From positions 2,113,653 to 2,177,652 of the forward strand of contig OZ244051.1 in assembly GCA_965215105.1 (NCBI GenBank): DNA of 64,000 bases. The letters are read 5' to 3'. The notes beneath the pieces were generated by a model. The model did no database searches and was not told the origin of the DNA. It saw only the letters and a list, made by a program, of their open reading frames with translations. Shown here in pieces: positions 27,082-36,198 of the stretch (position 1 is its first letter; each line of letters opens with the position of its first letter). The stretch comes from Vicinamibacterales bacterium. GTDB lineage: Bacteria > Acidobacteriota > Vicinamibacteria > Vicinamibacterales > UBA8438. The translations under genes were made by a program, and so were the position numbers.

Positions 27082-28149
27082 ATGAGCCGCCGTCATCTCG
27101 CCGCGTTCGCAACCGTTGTCGTCGTCAGCGCCCTGGTGGCGATTCCGGCCGCCGCGCAGAATCAGAACCAGGAGGCCGCCGAGCCGGCAGCGTGGACGAT
27201 GCCCCGGCTCCCCGACGGGCAGCCGGACCTGCAGGGCTACTGGACGACGCAGACGTTCACGCCGCTGGAGCGGCCCGAGCGCCTGGCCGACCAGGAGTTC
27301 CTGTCGGAGGAGGAGGCGGCCCTGCTGCAGGAGCAGTTGACGGCGGAAGGCGTCGACCCCCTGCGGCGCGACGCCGTCGCCATCGAGGACCCGGACGAGC
27401 GGGAGGCGGCGCTCTACCAGGAGAACCGCGACGCCTCGTACGTGCACTACGACAACCAGGTGTGGCTGCGCACCCCGGTGCCGAAGGGCCTGTCGACCCG
27501 GCGCACGTCGCTCATCACCTACCCGCCGAACGGCCGGATTCCCCCGATGACGCCGGAGGGCGCGGCCCGGGTGGAGGCCGAGGCGGCGATGGCCCGCGTG
27601 TTCGACGGCTACGAGACCCGCCCCCTGATGGAGCGCTGCGTCGTCTGGACCCACGAGGGGCCGCCGGTGCTGCCCCCCGCCTACAACGACATCCACCAGA
27701 TATTCCAGACGCCCGACCACTTCGTGCTCTTCACGGAGCTGGCGACGAACCCGCCGCGGATCATGGCGCTCGACGGGCGCCCGGGCATTCCCGACGCGAT
27801 TCGCCAGTTCGCGGGCGACTCGCGCGCCCGCTGGGAGGGAGACACGCTGGTCGTCGAGACGGACAAGTTCATCGCCCGGCGGAACTACCGGGGCTCGAAC
27901 CGGCACCGGCACGTCGAGGAGCGATTCACCCGCGTCGCCGAGGACACCATCCGCTACGAGTTCACGGTCACCGACCCGACCACCTGGACCAGCCCGTGGG
28001 GCGGCGAGGTGCCGATGGTCCGCATCGAGGGGCCGATGTTCGAGTACGGCTGCCACGAGGGCAACCACGACATCCGGCACATCCTCGAGATCAACCGCAA
28101 TCTCGAGCGGCAGGCGGCCGAGGCGGCGGCGGGAGGAGACTCGCGGTAG
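27082..28149 (+). CDS. Secreted hypothetical protein, paralog B (355 aa; conserved CHEGNHD motif)
   Basis: I trimmed track ORF 25498..28149 to ATG 27082, which has GAGGGAGG upstream. A signal peptide is present. It is a paralog of 23144..24229. Confidence 0.8.
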   Translation: MSRRHLAAFATVVVVSALVAIPAAAQNQNQEAAEPAAWTMPRLPDGQPDLQGYWTTQTFTPLERPERLADQEFLSEEEAALLQEQLTAEGVDPLRRDAVAIEDPDEREAALYQENRDASYVHYDNQVWLRTPVPKGLSTRRTSLITYPPNGRIPPMTPEGAARVEAEAAMARVFDGYETRPLMERCVVWTHEGPPVLPPAYNDIHQIFQTPDHFVLFTELATNPPRIMALDGRPGIPDAIRQFAGDSRARWEGDTLVVETDKFIARRNYRGSNRHRHVEERFTRVAEDTIRYEFTVTDPTTWTSPWGGEVPMVRIEGPMFEYGCHEGNHDIRHILEINRNLERQAAEAAAGGDSR

Positions 28150-28162
28150 GAGCCTGCGCCCG

Positions 28163-29134
28163 ATGGCCGGGCCCTCGATTCGCATCGGCACCAGCGGGTG
28201 GCACTACCCGGGCGGGGCCGGGGCTTGGGACGGTGTCTTCTACCCGCCGCGCGGGCGCCGCCATCGGCCGCGGGGATTCGACGAGCTGGCCTGCTATGCC
28301 GAGCGCTTCGACACCGTCGAGGTGAACTCGACCTTCTACGGCGTGCCCCGCCGCGCCGTCACCGAGGCCTGGGCCGCGCGAACCCCCGACGACTTCTGCT
28401 TCTCCGTCAAGCTCTACCAGAAGTTCACCCACCCGAAGATGTTCGCGGCGGCCACCGGCGCCGGCGACACCCGGGTGGACCGCGGGGACGTCGAGCAGTT
28501 CCGCGACGCCGTCGCGCCCCTCCACGACGCCGGCAAGCTCGGGCCCCTGCTCGCGCAGTTCCCCGCCAGCTTCCGCAACGACACCGCCGCCCACGACCAC
28601 CTCGCCTGGCTCATCGAGGCGCTCTCCCCCTGCCCCGTCGCGGTCGAGCTGCGGCACGGGAGCTGGAGCGACGACGTCGCCGGCACCCTGCGTCTGCTGA
28701 ACGGGCTCGGCGCCGCCTGGGTGCAGATCGACGAGCCGAAGTTCCGCCTGTCCATCGCCCAGAACCGGCTGCCCAACGTCGAGAGCTTCTACTACATGCG
28801 GCTCCACGGCCGGAACGCCGCCAAGTGGTGGCGCCACGACCACGCCGAGGAGCGCTACGACTACCACTACTCGGCCGCCGAGCTGCGCCCCTTCCGCGAC
28901 ACCGCCGACGCCGCCGCCCGCCTCGTGAAGCGGCTCTACCTCTACATGAACAACCACTTCGCGGCGAAGTCCGCGGCCAACGCCGCCACCCTCAAGCACC
29001 AGCTCGGCCTGGAGGTCCCCGGCACGTGGCGCGGGGAGATGGTGGCGCGCTATCCGGAGCTCGACGGCGTCGTCAGGACGGGCTCGGCGACGGCGCCGTT
29101 GCTGCCGATAGGTGGACCGCTGGTGCGAGAGTGA
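28163..29134 (+). CDS. DUF72 (YecE-like) domain protein (323 aa)
   Basis: IRIGTSGWHY, FDTVEVNSTFY, FSVKLYQKFTH, LLAQFPASF and YLYMNNHF are typical DUF72 blocks. Confidence 0.9.
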   Translation: MAGPSIRIGTSGWHYPGGAGAWDGVFYPPRGRRHRPRGFDELACYAERFDTVEVNSTFYGVPRRAVTEAWAARTPDDFCFSVKLYQKFTHPKMFAAATGAGDTRVDRGDVEQFRDAVAPLHDAGKLGPLLAQFPASFRNDTAAHDHLAWLIEALSPCPVAVELRHGSWSDDVAGTLRLLNGLGAAWVQIDEPKFRLSIAQNRLPNVESFYYMRLHGRNAAKWWRHDHAEERYDYHYSAAELRPFRDTADAAARLVKRLYLYMNNHFAAKSAANAATLKHQLGLEVPGTWRGEMVARYPELDGVVRTGSATAPLLPIGGPLVRE

Positions 29135-29186
29135 CGGCGCGCCGGCAGTGCACCGTCGCATCCAGATTGCGACTACAATCAGAGGT

Positions 29187-29468
29187 GTGGCGGAGCGCCT
29201 GAGCTATGAATGGGACGAGAACAAGCGTCGCACGAACCGGGCCAAGCACGGTGTCGATTTCGCGGCGATGCGCGCCTTCGATTGGGAAACGGCAAGGATC
29301 GAGGCCTACGATCATCCAGAGGAGCCGCGCTGGATCGGACGCGGCGTCATAGGGTCTCGGCTGCACGTTGTCGTCTTCACCGAACGCGGCAGCCGCATTC
29401 GCATCATCAGCCTGCGCAAGGCCAATCCACGAGAGGAACAGCGCCATGCCCGGCAACGTCAACCGTGA
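29187..29468 (+). CDS. brnT: BrnT-family (DUF497) ribonuclease toxin (about 93 aa)
   Basis: YEWDENKRRTNRAKHGVDF and VVVFTERGSRIRIISLRKANPRE match BrnT. I trimmed track ORF 29112..29468 to in-frame GTG 29187. The start is uncertain. Confidence 0.75.
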   Translation: MAERLSYEWDENKRRTNRAKHGVDFAAMRAFDWETARIEAYDHPEEPRWIGRGVIGSRLHVVVFTERGSRIRIISLRKANPREEQRHARQRQP

Positions 29469-29802
29469 TCTCCAAGGGCTGACCTTCGACGAAATCGCGG
29501 AACGATACGGCGAAGAAGCAGCCATCGCGGCAGGGATCGCCGCCGATCCGGATGCGCGAGAGTTGACGGACGGTGATTTCGCTCGGATGCGTCCCGCGTC
29601 CGAGGTCATCCCGACAATCGTCAAGGCTTACCGTCGCACACGCGGCAGGCAGAAGGCGCCTGTCAAGGAACAGGTCACCATTCGACTCGATGCCGACGTC
29701 GTTGCGCACTTCCGCAACGAGGGCCGCGGCTGGCAGACACGGCTCAATGCGGTGCTCCGTCGCGCCGTCTTCAAGACAGCCGACCAGGAATCTGCGCCGT
29801 AG
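29446..29802 (+). CDS. brnA: BrnA-family antitoxin (118 aa)
   Basis: I trimmed the ORF to ATG 29446, which has GAGAGGA upstream and overlaps brnT by 23 nt. The C-terminal VTIRLDADVVAHFRNEGRGWQTRLNAVLRRAV is the BrnA RHH-like signature. Confidence 0.75.
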   Translation: MPGNVNRDLQGLTFDEIAERYGEEAAIAAGIAADPDARELTDGDFARMRPASEVIPTIVKAYRRTRGRQKAPVKEQVTIRLDADVVAHFRNEGRGWQTRLNAVLRRAVFKTADQESAP

Positions 29803-29816
29803 AACGGTGCGGACTC
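29784..29816. repeat. REP-like palindromic element copy (inverted orientation) overlapping the 3' end of brnA
   Basis: The sequence is CCAGGAATCTGCGCCGTAGAACGGTGCGGACTC. The brnA TAG (29800..29802) lies in the loop, and the protein ends in QESAP like the DUF1592-type protein. Confidence 0.65.
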
Positions 29817-29904
29817 TCATCGACATCCAGCCGCCTTCGAGCACGCGCCGGACCTGCGCGACCGGCAAGGTGCCGGCCGTCGGCTCGCACCGCCTCCGGC
29901 CGGA

Positions 29905-31323
29905 TCACCGCAGGCCGACGATGCCCCTGACCGACTCGGCGAGGGCGGGCGCGTCGTAGCCGACGCCTTCCTTGAAGACCAGCGTCACGTTGCGGATCTC
30001 GGCCGGGCGGCGCACCGGGTCGCCGTCGATGACGATGAGGTCCGCGAGCTTGCCGGCCTCGACGGAGCCGAAGCGGGCGTCCTCGCCGAGGACGCGGGCG
30101 CCGTTCAGGGTCATGACCTCGACGACCTCCTCGGGCGTGAACCCCGCCTCGAGCAGCAGCTCGTAGTTGCGCTGGTCGCCGTACCCGGGCAGGGCCCCGC
30201 CCATGCCGGTGGGGTCGACGCCGGCTGCGAGCAGCCCGCCCGCGTCGGCGAAGAGCTTCTCGAACCGCTGCGCCTTGGGGAACAGGGTGGCCATCGGCGC
30301 GTCGTCGCGCGACGCGACGTCGGCCCGCGACGCCAGGTACTCGTCGCGGGCGCCGGGGGCGAGCATCTCGAGCACCCGCTCCTCGAGGGGCGGGCGGTTG
30401 GGGACGCCGAGCTCGTAGACGGCGAGGGTCGAGGTCATGGCGACGCCGCCCTCGACCATGGCGCGGATGGTGTCGGCGACGGCGTCGCCCTCCACGTCGA
30501 CCTCGAGCAGGCTGCGCTGCACGCCGGGCGGGCAGACGCCGGGCTCCTTGCCGGGGACATAGTCGCTGTTGGTGAAGAAGCCGTGCTCGATGTTGTCGAT
30601 GCCGAGGTCCACCGCCTCCTGGAACGAGATCGAGCAGAGATGGCCGGTGACCCTGACGCCGCGCCGGTGCGCCTCCTCGATGGCCGCCGCGAGCTCCTCG
30701 TCGCCGATGCGGGTGTAGGCCTTGAACCAGTCCACGCCCTCGTCGGCCCAGTACGCCACGACCCGCCGCGCGTCCTCGGGGGTCCCGACCTGGAACATCT
30801 GCGACGACGCGCCGGCCCCCGACAGGTAGGGGCCGGTGATGTACATGCGCGGCCCGATCTCGCGCCCCTCCGCGATCGAGCGCTTGAGGTTCAGCTCGCT
30901 GTAGGGCGAGAAGGCGCCGGTGGTGCGGATGGTCGTCACCCCGCTCGCCAGGTAGAGGCGCGGCGCGCTGAAGTTGAGCTGCACCCGCCGGCCGCGGGTC
31001 ATGTAGAACGTGTGGTCGTGGAGGCCGACGAAGCCGGGCAGGACGGTGTGCCCGGGGAGGGCCAAGGTCCGGGCGCCGGCGGGGACCGCGACGTCGGCGT
31101 CCGGCCCGACCGCGGCGATGCGGCCGTCGCGGATGAGGACGGTCTGCCCGCCGGCGGCGGGGCTGCCGGTGCCGTCGACCACCTGCACCCCGGTCAGCGC
31201 GACGACCGCGTCGTCGACCTCGACGAACTGCCGCACCGCGCCGGACAGCGAGCTCGCGGGCTGGGCCGAGCTGAAGGCCGCGGCGGCGGCCAGAAGCACG
31301 AGCGTGGCGATCAGGTTGCGCAT
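29905..31323 (-). CDS. Secreted amidohydrolase-family metallohydrolase (472 aa)
   Basis: The ORF has a signal peptide and a GGAGGAAG Shine-Dalgarno sequence. GFVGLHDHTF (metal-binding HxH region), VRVTGHL, IEHG and KLADLIVIDGDP are typical of the amidohydrolase superfamily. Confidence 0.85.
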   Translation of the reverse strand: MRNLIATLVLLAAAAAFSSAQPASSLSGAVRQFVEVDDAVVALTGVQVVDGTGSPAAGGQTVLIRDGRIAAVGPDADVAVPAGARTLALPGHTVLPGFVGLHDHTFYMTRGRRVQLNFSAPRLYLASGVTTIRTTGAFSPYSELNLKRSIAEGREIGPRMYITGPYLSGAGASSQMFQVGTPEDARRVVAYWADEGVDWFKAYTRIGDEELAAAIEEAHRRGVRVTGHLCSISFQEAVDLGIDNIEHGFFTNSDYVPGKEPGVCPPGVQRSLLEVDVEGDAVADTIRAMVEGGVAMTSTLAVYELGVPNRPPLEERVLEMLAPGARDEYLASRADVASRDDAPMATLFPKAQRFEKLFADAGGLLAAGVDPTGMGGALPGYGDQRNYELLLEAGFTPEEVVEVMTLNGARVLGEDARFGSVEAGKLADLIVIDGDPVRRPAEIRNVTLVFKEGVGYDAPALAESVRGIVGLR

Positions 31324-31336
31324 GGCTCTTCCTCCG

Positions 31337-33670
31337 TCATCGAGCCTCGGCGCGCGGCGGCGGTCCCGCCGCGACGTCGAAGACCGTCTTCATTCCGGAT
31401 TCCAGGTGCTCGGCGATGTGGCAGTGCAGCATCCAGCGGCCGGGGTTGGACAGCTCCAGCAGGAGGTCGGCGGTCGAGCCGGCCGGCAGCAGCACCGTGT
31501 CCTTCCAGACGAGATTGTCGTTCGGCACGCCGTCGCGGGCAAGCACGAGGAAGCGCTGGCCGTGGATGTGGACCGGGTGCTGCATGGCGTGCACTGCCTC
31601 CCGGTCGTTGCGCAGGCGTATCTTCACCACGTCGCCCCGCCGGAAGCGCCAGTCGATGGCGTCGTTCTCGAGGCCGGTGTCGAGGTCGCGCAGGACCCAG
31701 CGCACCGGGCCGGCGGTGCTGACCCAGTTCATGCGCGGCATGGTGCCGCTCCACTCGACGGGATTGAAGAACGAGCGGTCCAGGTTGAGCAGCGGCTCGA
31801 GGGGGTCGGGCAGCCCGCCGAGCTCGAGGGTCAGCAGCAGCCGGTGGTCGACGGGGCGGTCGAACTCGTCCCGGTAGGCGTCGATGTCGGACGCGACGTC
31901 GGGGTGGCCGCGCAGCTCGCGGAAGCTGGCCGCGTGGTCCGGCGAGGCCGGTTCGCCGGTGACCGTCACCGCGCCGAGGACCGTCTCGTCGGGGAAGTAG
32001 TTCCCGTAGACGTGGTCGATGGCTCGCACCCGGTTGACGAGCCGCACCTCGCCCGGCTCGTCGAACCGGACCTCGACGACGTAGCGCTCGGCCGGCGCGA
32101 TGACCACGCTGTCGACCCGCGCCTGCCGCTCGAACCTGCCGACGTCGGACGCCACCAGCTTGATCAGGGCCCCGCCGAACGAGAGGTTGAACGTACGGGT
32201 GTTCGAGACGTTGGTCAGGAAGAAGCGGACGACCTCGCCCCGCGCCACCGTCAGGCGGTACTCGGGCTCGCCGTTGACGAGCAGCAGGTTCCCGAAGCGG
32301 CCCATCAGCGCGTGGGTCGCCGCCTCGCGGCCGAACGGCACGAGACCGCCCTCGCCGACCAGCAGGTCGTCGAGCATCAGCACCTGCTCGCGGTTCGCGG
32401 GCCCGAAGTAGTCCGGGTCGGCCGCGTCGACGCGCAGGTTGCCGTACAGGCCCAGGTCCTGCTGGAAGTCCTCGCGGTGGTGCGGGTGGTACCAGTAGAG
32501 GCCGGCGTCGGGGAAGTGGATGCGGTAGCGGAAGGTCTCGCCGGGCGCGATGGGGTCCTGGGTGAGCCCGGGGACGCCGTCGAACCGGTTCTCGAGGCGG
32601 ATGCCGTGCCAGTGCACGGCGGTCGGGAACTCGAGCCGGTTCGTGACGTTCACGGTGATGGTGGCCCCCTGCGGCACCTGGATGAGCGGGCCGGGGTACT
32701 GGCCGTTGTAGCCGTACATCGTGAACGTCCGGCCGCCGATGGTGCGGCGGACGAGGCCCGCCTCGAGATCGAGCGTGCCGCCGTCGCCCAGGCGGACGAC
32801 CTCGCGCGGGCGCGCGTCGGGGAGCCCGCCCGGAGGGCCGGGGCCCCCAGCCTGCCCACGGCTGGTCTCCGGCTGGCCGAGGTCAGGGAGCGCCTCCCCC
32901 GCCGTTGCCGGCCGGCTGGGTCCCCGCCGCACCGACGACGCGGCGGACGACAGGTCGGGCGGCTCCCCCGCCGCTGCCGGCAGGAACGGGTCGACGGGCG
33001 GGGTGAGGCGGCCGACGCCCGGCATCATCGCCACCGACGGGTGCATCGGCGGGCGCGTCCAGCCGCGCGGGGCCGGGAACGGGGCGCCTCCCGCGACCAT
33101 CCCCGTCACCGCCAGCAGGTCCTCGGGCTCCATGCGCATGCCGGCCGAGATGCCCCGCAGCACGATGCGCCCCGCCCACGACGCCTCGTCGGGCGACGCC
33201 TCGGCGGTGACGAGCACCAGGAACTTGTCGAGGTCGACGACCCCGAGCGGGGTGCGGCCGTTCGCAACCGGCCCCAGGTTCACCACCGGGCGCAGGAGCG
33301 GCGTGGCCGCCCACGCCACGTAGCCGGTGTAGTCGCCGAGCGCGGCCGGGTCGGGCAGTCCGGCCGCGTGCAGCGTCAGGTCGAAGCGGTGGTTGCCCGC
33401 GGCGGTGACCGAGGCGCCGAACGGCGAGGGCGTCGGCGTGAGCGCGACGTAGCCGGAGACGCCGGGAAAGTCGGGGGCGTGGACCAGCTCGATGCAGTAC
33501 AGGTCGGGGTCGGCGGCGGGCCCGCGCGGGTCGAGGGTCGGACACCGTACGAGGCCGGGGTCCGGGAACGGCTGGCCGGTCGCGGCGGTCGGCGCGAGAG
33601 TCGCCGGCACCGCGAGCCCCAGAGCCAGGACCGCCGCCGGGCCGACGGGGAACGGCCGTTGGAAGAGCAT
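31337..33670 (-). CDS. Multicopper oxidase with a long N-terminal extension (777 aa from ATG 33670)
   Basis: Copper-binding motifs are HWHGIRL, WYHPHH, HPVHIHG and HCHIAEHLESGM. The first ~330 aa (signal peptide, an unknown domain, then a Pro/Gly-rich linker) precede the cupredoxin domains. The track start, GTG 33706, is an alternative. Confidence 0.85.
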   Translation of the reverse strand: MLFQRPFPVGPAAVLALGLAVPATLAPTAATGQPFPDPGLVRCPTLDPRGPAADPDLYCIELVHAPDFPGVSGYVALTPTPSPFGASVTAAGNHRFDLTLHAAGLPDPAALGDYTGYVAWAATPLLRPVVNLGPVANGRTPLGVVDLDKFLVLVTAEASPDEASWAGRIVLRGISAGMRMEPEDLLAVTGMVAGGAPFPAPRGWTRPPMHPSVAMMPGVGRLTPPVDPFLPAAAGEPPDLSSAASSVRRGPSRPATAGEALPDLGQPETSRGQAGGPGPPGGLPDARPREVVRLGDGGTLDLEAGLVRRTIGGRTFTMYGYNGQYPGPLIQVPQGATITVNVTNRLEFPTAVHWHGIRLENRFDGVPGLTQDPIAPGETFRYRIHFPDAGLYWYHPHHREDFQQDLGLYGNLRVDAADPDYFGPANREQVLMLDDLLVGEGGLVPFGREAATHALMGRFGNLLLVNGEPEYRLTVARGEVVRFFLTNVSNTRTFNLSFGGALIKLVASDVGRFERQARVDSVVIAPAERYVVEVRFDEPGEVRLVNRVRAIDHVYGNYFPDETVLGAVTVTGEPASPDHAASFRELRGHPDVASDIDAYRDEFDRPVDHRLLLTLELGGLPDPLEPLLNLDRSFFNPVEWSGTMPRMNWVSTAGPVRWVLRDLDTGLENDAIDWRFRRGDVVKIRLRNDREAVHAMQHPVHIHGQRFLVLARDGVPNDNLVWKDTVLLPAGSTADLLLELSNPGRWMLHCHIAEHLESGMKTVFDVAAGPPPRAEAR

Positions 33671-33770
33671 CGGCACAGTTTGCCGCAAGCGCGGCTCTCC
33701 TGTCACCCGGGCCTGGACCGCCGGCAGTGCGGGAACTGCACACCGGAACGGGGCGTGGATCGCCTGCGTA

Positions 33771-33800
33771 CAAAGAAACGGGGACCGGAACCTCGGTCCC
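33771..33800 (-). terminator. Intrinsic terminator after the NHL-repeat gene
   Basis: On the minus strand a 7-bp stem (GGGACCG/CGGTCCC, 33781..33787 pairing with 33794..33800) with a 6-nt loop is followed by CGTTTCTTTG. It lies 39 nt after the stop at 33839. Confidence 0.5.
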
Positions 33801-33838
33801 GATCCCCGTTCCCGATTACCGAATCCGCGGCGGGCGGA

Positions 33839-35023
33839 TCAGTTGGACGGCCAGACCACGCCCTGGTCGGCCTGAATCGGGCCCTCGCCCTTGTAGACGA
33901 ACTTCTGGATGCGCTTGCCCTCGAACGTCTCGGTCGTGTAGATGTTGCCGGACGCGTCGGTCGCGATGCTGTGCGCGCCGTAGAACTGCCCCGGCTGGCG
34001 CCCGCCGTCGCCGAAGCTCGAGATGACCTCCATCTCCTGCCGGTCGATGATGTAGACCTTCTCGTTCACGCCGTCGGCCATGTAGAGGTACTTCTGGTCG
34101 GCGTCACGCGAGAACGCGACGTCCCAGGCCGACCCCGCGCCCAGGGTCTCGCGGGCCACGATCAGCTCCTCGACGAACGTGCCGTCCTTCTGGAACACCT
34201 GGATGCGGTTGTTCACGCGGTCGCAGGCGTAGACCAGGCCGTCGTTCGACAGATCGGCGCAGTGCACCGGGGTCCGGAACTGCGGCGCGGGCTCGGCGTT
34301 CGGGTCGTAGCGGCCGAGGTCGGCGTCGTCCGGCGTGTTGCCGTAGGCGCCCCAGAAGCGCTTCATGGCGCCGGTCTCGGCGTCGAGCACCGCGACCCGC
34401 TTGTTGAGGTAGCCGTCGGCGATGTACGCCTCGTTGTCCTTCGGGTCCACCATGATCTTGGCGACGCGGCCGAAGTTCTCGGTGTCGTTGCTGCCCGCGT
34501 TGCCGCCCGAACGGCCGACCTGCAACAGGAAGTTCCCGTAGCGGTCGAACTTCAGGAGATGCGAGTCGGGACCGCCGTTGCCGCCGATCCACACGTTGTC
34601 CATGTGGTCGACCCAGATGCCGTGGTTCGAGGCCGGCCACTCGTAGCCCTCGCCGGGGCCGCCCCAGTAGTTGACGAGCGTGCCCGCCTGGTCGAACTCG
34701 AGCACCGGGGGCGCGGGGAAGCAGCACTCGACCGCCACCGGCGGATCCTGCGCCGCCGGCACCTCGCCGGCCGCCAGCGAATCGCCGCGGTGCACGATCC
34801 AGATGTGGTCGCGGTTGTCGACCGACACCCCGATGGTGGTGCCCAGCAGCCAGTGGTTCGGCAGCGGCTTCGGCCACAGCGGGTCCACCTCGAACACCGG
34901 GCCCCAGACCAGCTCGCCCTGCATCGCCTCGGTGCGGGTCAGCGTGGCGCCGACCCCGATCATCGCGACCAGCGCGAGGGCCAACGCCCCGAACGCCAGC
35001 CGCCGTCCATTGCTCTTCTGCAT
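33839..35023 (-). CDS. NHL-repeat six-bladed beta-propeller protein (394 aa)
   Basis: The ORF has a GAAGGAGAG Shine-Dalgarno sequence and an N-terminal anchor or signal. Repeated motifs include HGIWVDHMDNVWI, AYIADGYLNKRVAVLD, VYACDRVNNRIQVF and NIYTTETFEGKRIQKF. Confidence 0.85.
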   Translation of the reverse strand: MQKSNGRRLAFGALALALVAMIGVGATLTRTEAMQGELVWGPVFEVDPLWPKPLPNHWLLGTTIGVSVDNRDHIWIVHRGDSLAAGEVPAAQDPPVAVECCFPAPPVLEFDQAGTLVNYWGGPGEGYEWPASNHGIWVDHMDNVWIGGNGGPDSHLLKFDRYGNFLLQVGRSGGNAGSNDTENFGRVAKIMVDPKDNEAYIADGYLNKRVAVLDAETGAMKRFWGAYGNTPDDADLGRYDPNAEPAPQFRTPVHCADLSNDGLVYACDRVNNRIQVFQKDGTFVEELIVARETLGAGSAWDVAFSRDADQKYLYMADGVNEKVYIIDRQEMEVISSFGDGGRQPGQFYGAHSIATDASGNIYTTETFEGKRIQKFVYKGEGPIQADQGVVWPSN

Positions 35024-35194
35024 GACTGCTCTCCTTCACGGTTTGGACGGTCCGCCCGCCCGCGGGAGGCGGCCCGGACCGGACGCGCCCTGGTGAAGGG
35101 CGTCCCACCCCTTCACGCGGCGCCGCAGGAACAGATCCTCCGGCATCCGCCCGCTCGATGCAACCCTGAATCGCCCACCGGGCAAATGCGACAG

Positions 35195-35445
35195 CCGACG
35201 ATTCCCGCCGCCGGTCGGCCCCCGGAGCCGACCAGGCCGCCCGCGCCGCCGTCCCGCTACGTCGCGGGCGAATGCCCTCCGGCGATTCCCGTCGCCGGAC
35301 GGCCCGGCGCGAATCCTCGCCACGCTGCTTCGGCTGCGACACCACCCGCATGTAACGCGCCCGCCGACGATTCTCCGCCGCCCGACGGCCCGGCGCCGAA
35401 TCCCCGTCGCGTTACTTCGGCTGCGGCACCACCCGCATGTAGGGC
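35195..35445. repeat. Three-copy tandem repeat (period about 85 nt) whose last copy is the 3' end of the peroxiredoxin gene
   Basis: Units start at 35195, 35279 and 35364, each beginning CCG[A/G]CGATTC. Units 2 and 3 align over ~82 nt at roughly 80% identity. Both end in CTTCGGCTGCG[A/G]CACCACCCGCATGTA, which in unit 3 encodes the prx C-terminus ...YMRVVPQPK plus the TAA. Confidence 0.65.
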
Positions 35446-36071
35446 AGCGGCTGCTGCCAGCCGTCGGGATAGGTCGCCTTCGCGTCCTCGTCGGACACCG
35501 CCGGCAGGATGATGACGTCCTCGCCCTGCTTCCAGTTCACGGGGGTGGCCACCTTCTTCGTCGCCGTGAGCTGGCACGAGTCGAGCAGCCGCAGGATCTC
35601 GTCGAAGTTGCGGCCGGTGCTCATCGGGTAGGTGATGGTCGCCTTGATGCGCTTGTCCGGCCCGATGACGAACACCGACCGCGCCGTCGCGTTGTCGGCC
35701 GGGGTCCGTCCCTCGCTGGTGTCCCCGGCGTCGGCCGGCAGCATGTCGTACCGCTTGACGATCTTGAGCTGGGGGTCGCCGATGAGGGGATAGTTCACGG
35801 CATGCCCCTGCGACGCCTCGATGTCGCGAGACCAGCGGTCGTGGTCGCTCACGCCGTCGACGCTGATGCCGAGAATCTTGCAGTTGCGCTTCTCGAACTC
35901 GCCCTGCAGCCCCGCCATGTAGCCCAGCTCGGTCGTGCACACCGGGGTGAAGTCCTTGGGGTGCGAGCACAGGATGGCCCAGCCGTCCCCGATCCACTCG
36001 TGGAAGTTGATGGTGCCCCGCGTCGACTCCGCCGTGAAGTCGGGGGCCACGTCGTTGATGCGTAGCGACAT
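35412..36071 (-). CDS. 1-Cys peroxiredoxin (Prx6 type, 219 aa)
   Basis: I trimmed the ORF to ATG 36071, which has AGGAGGGA 7 nt upstream. HPKDFTPVCTTE carries the peroxidatic Cys. The full-length match to 1-Cys Prx includes NFDEILRLLDSCQLT. Confidence 0.9.
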   Translation of the reverse strand: MSLRINDVAPDFTAESTRGTINFHEWIGDGWAILCSHPKDFTPVCTTELGYMAGLQGEFEKRNCKILGISVDGVSDHDRWSRDIEASQGHAVNYPLIGDPQLKIVKRYDMLPADAGDTSEGRTPADNATARSVFVIGPDKRIKATITYPMSTGRNFDEILRLLDSCQLTATKKVATPVNWKQGEDVIILPAVSDEDAKATYPDGWQQPLPYMRVVPQPK

Positions 36072-36198
36072 CCGCTTTCCCTCCTGGTTCACCGCCGGAG
36101 GCTGGCGCCGCCCGCGACGCCGGCTCCCGACGGGCGTTCTCCATCTCCGCCGGCGGCCGCCGTCCGGTTGGCGGGCGGCGACGGTCGTATCGGTCCGA

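Noticed and set aside
14256-35023. A bacterial peptide-amidating pair (PHM-like monooxygenase 14256..15518 plus PAL-like NHL propeller 33839..35023)
   Set aside because: The genes are about 18 kb apart on unrelated transcription units. The PHM-like assignment rests only on His-pair motifs, and NHL propellers are very common.
35040-35445. CRISPR array or attachment-site duplication downstream of prx
   Set aside because: There are only three degenerate ~85-nt units with no unique spacers. The copies are directly adjacent, so no integrated element lies between them. Tandem duplication is the simpler explanation.
31010-35512. The 1500-aa plus-strand ORF 31010..35512, and similarly 54047..57079 (1010 aa) and 55365..58742 minus strand (1125 aa)
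   Set aside because: They overlap several well-supported genes on the opposite strand or in another frame (multicopper oxidase, NHL protein, DUF255 protein, pheA, carboxyltransferase). Their sequences are compositionally biased and featureless.
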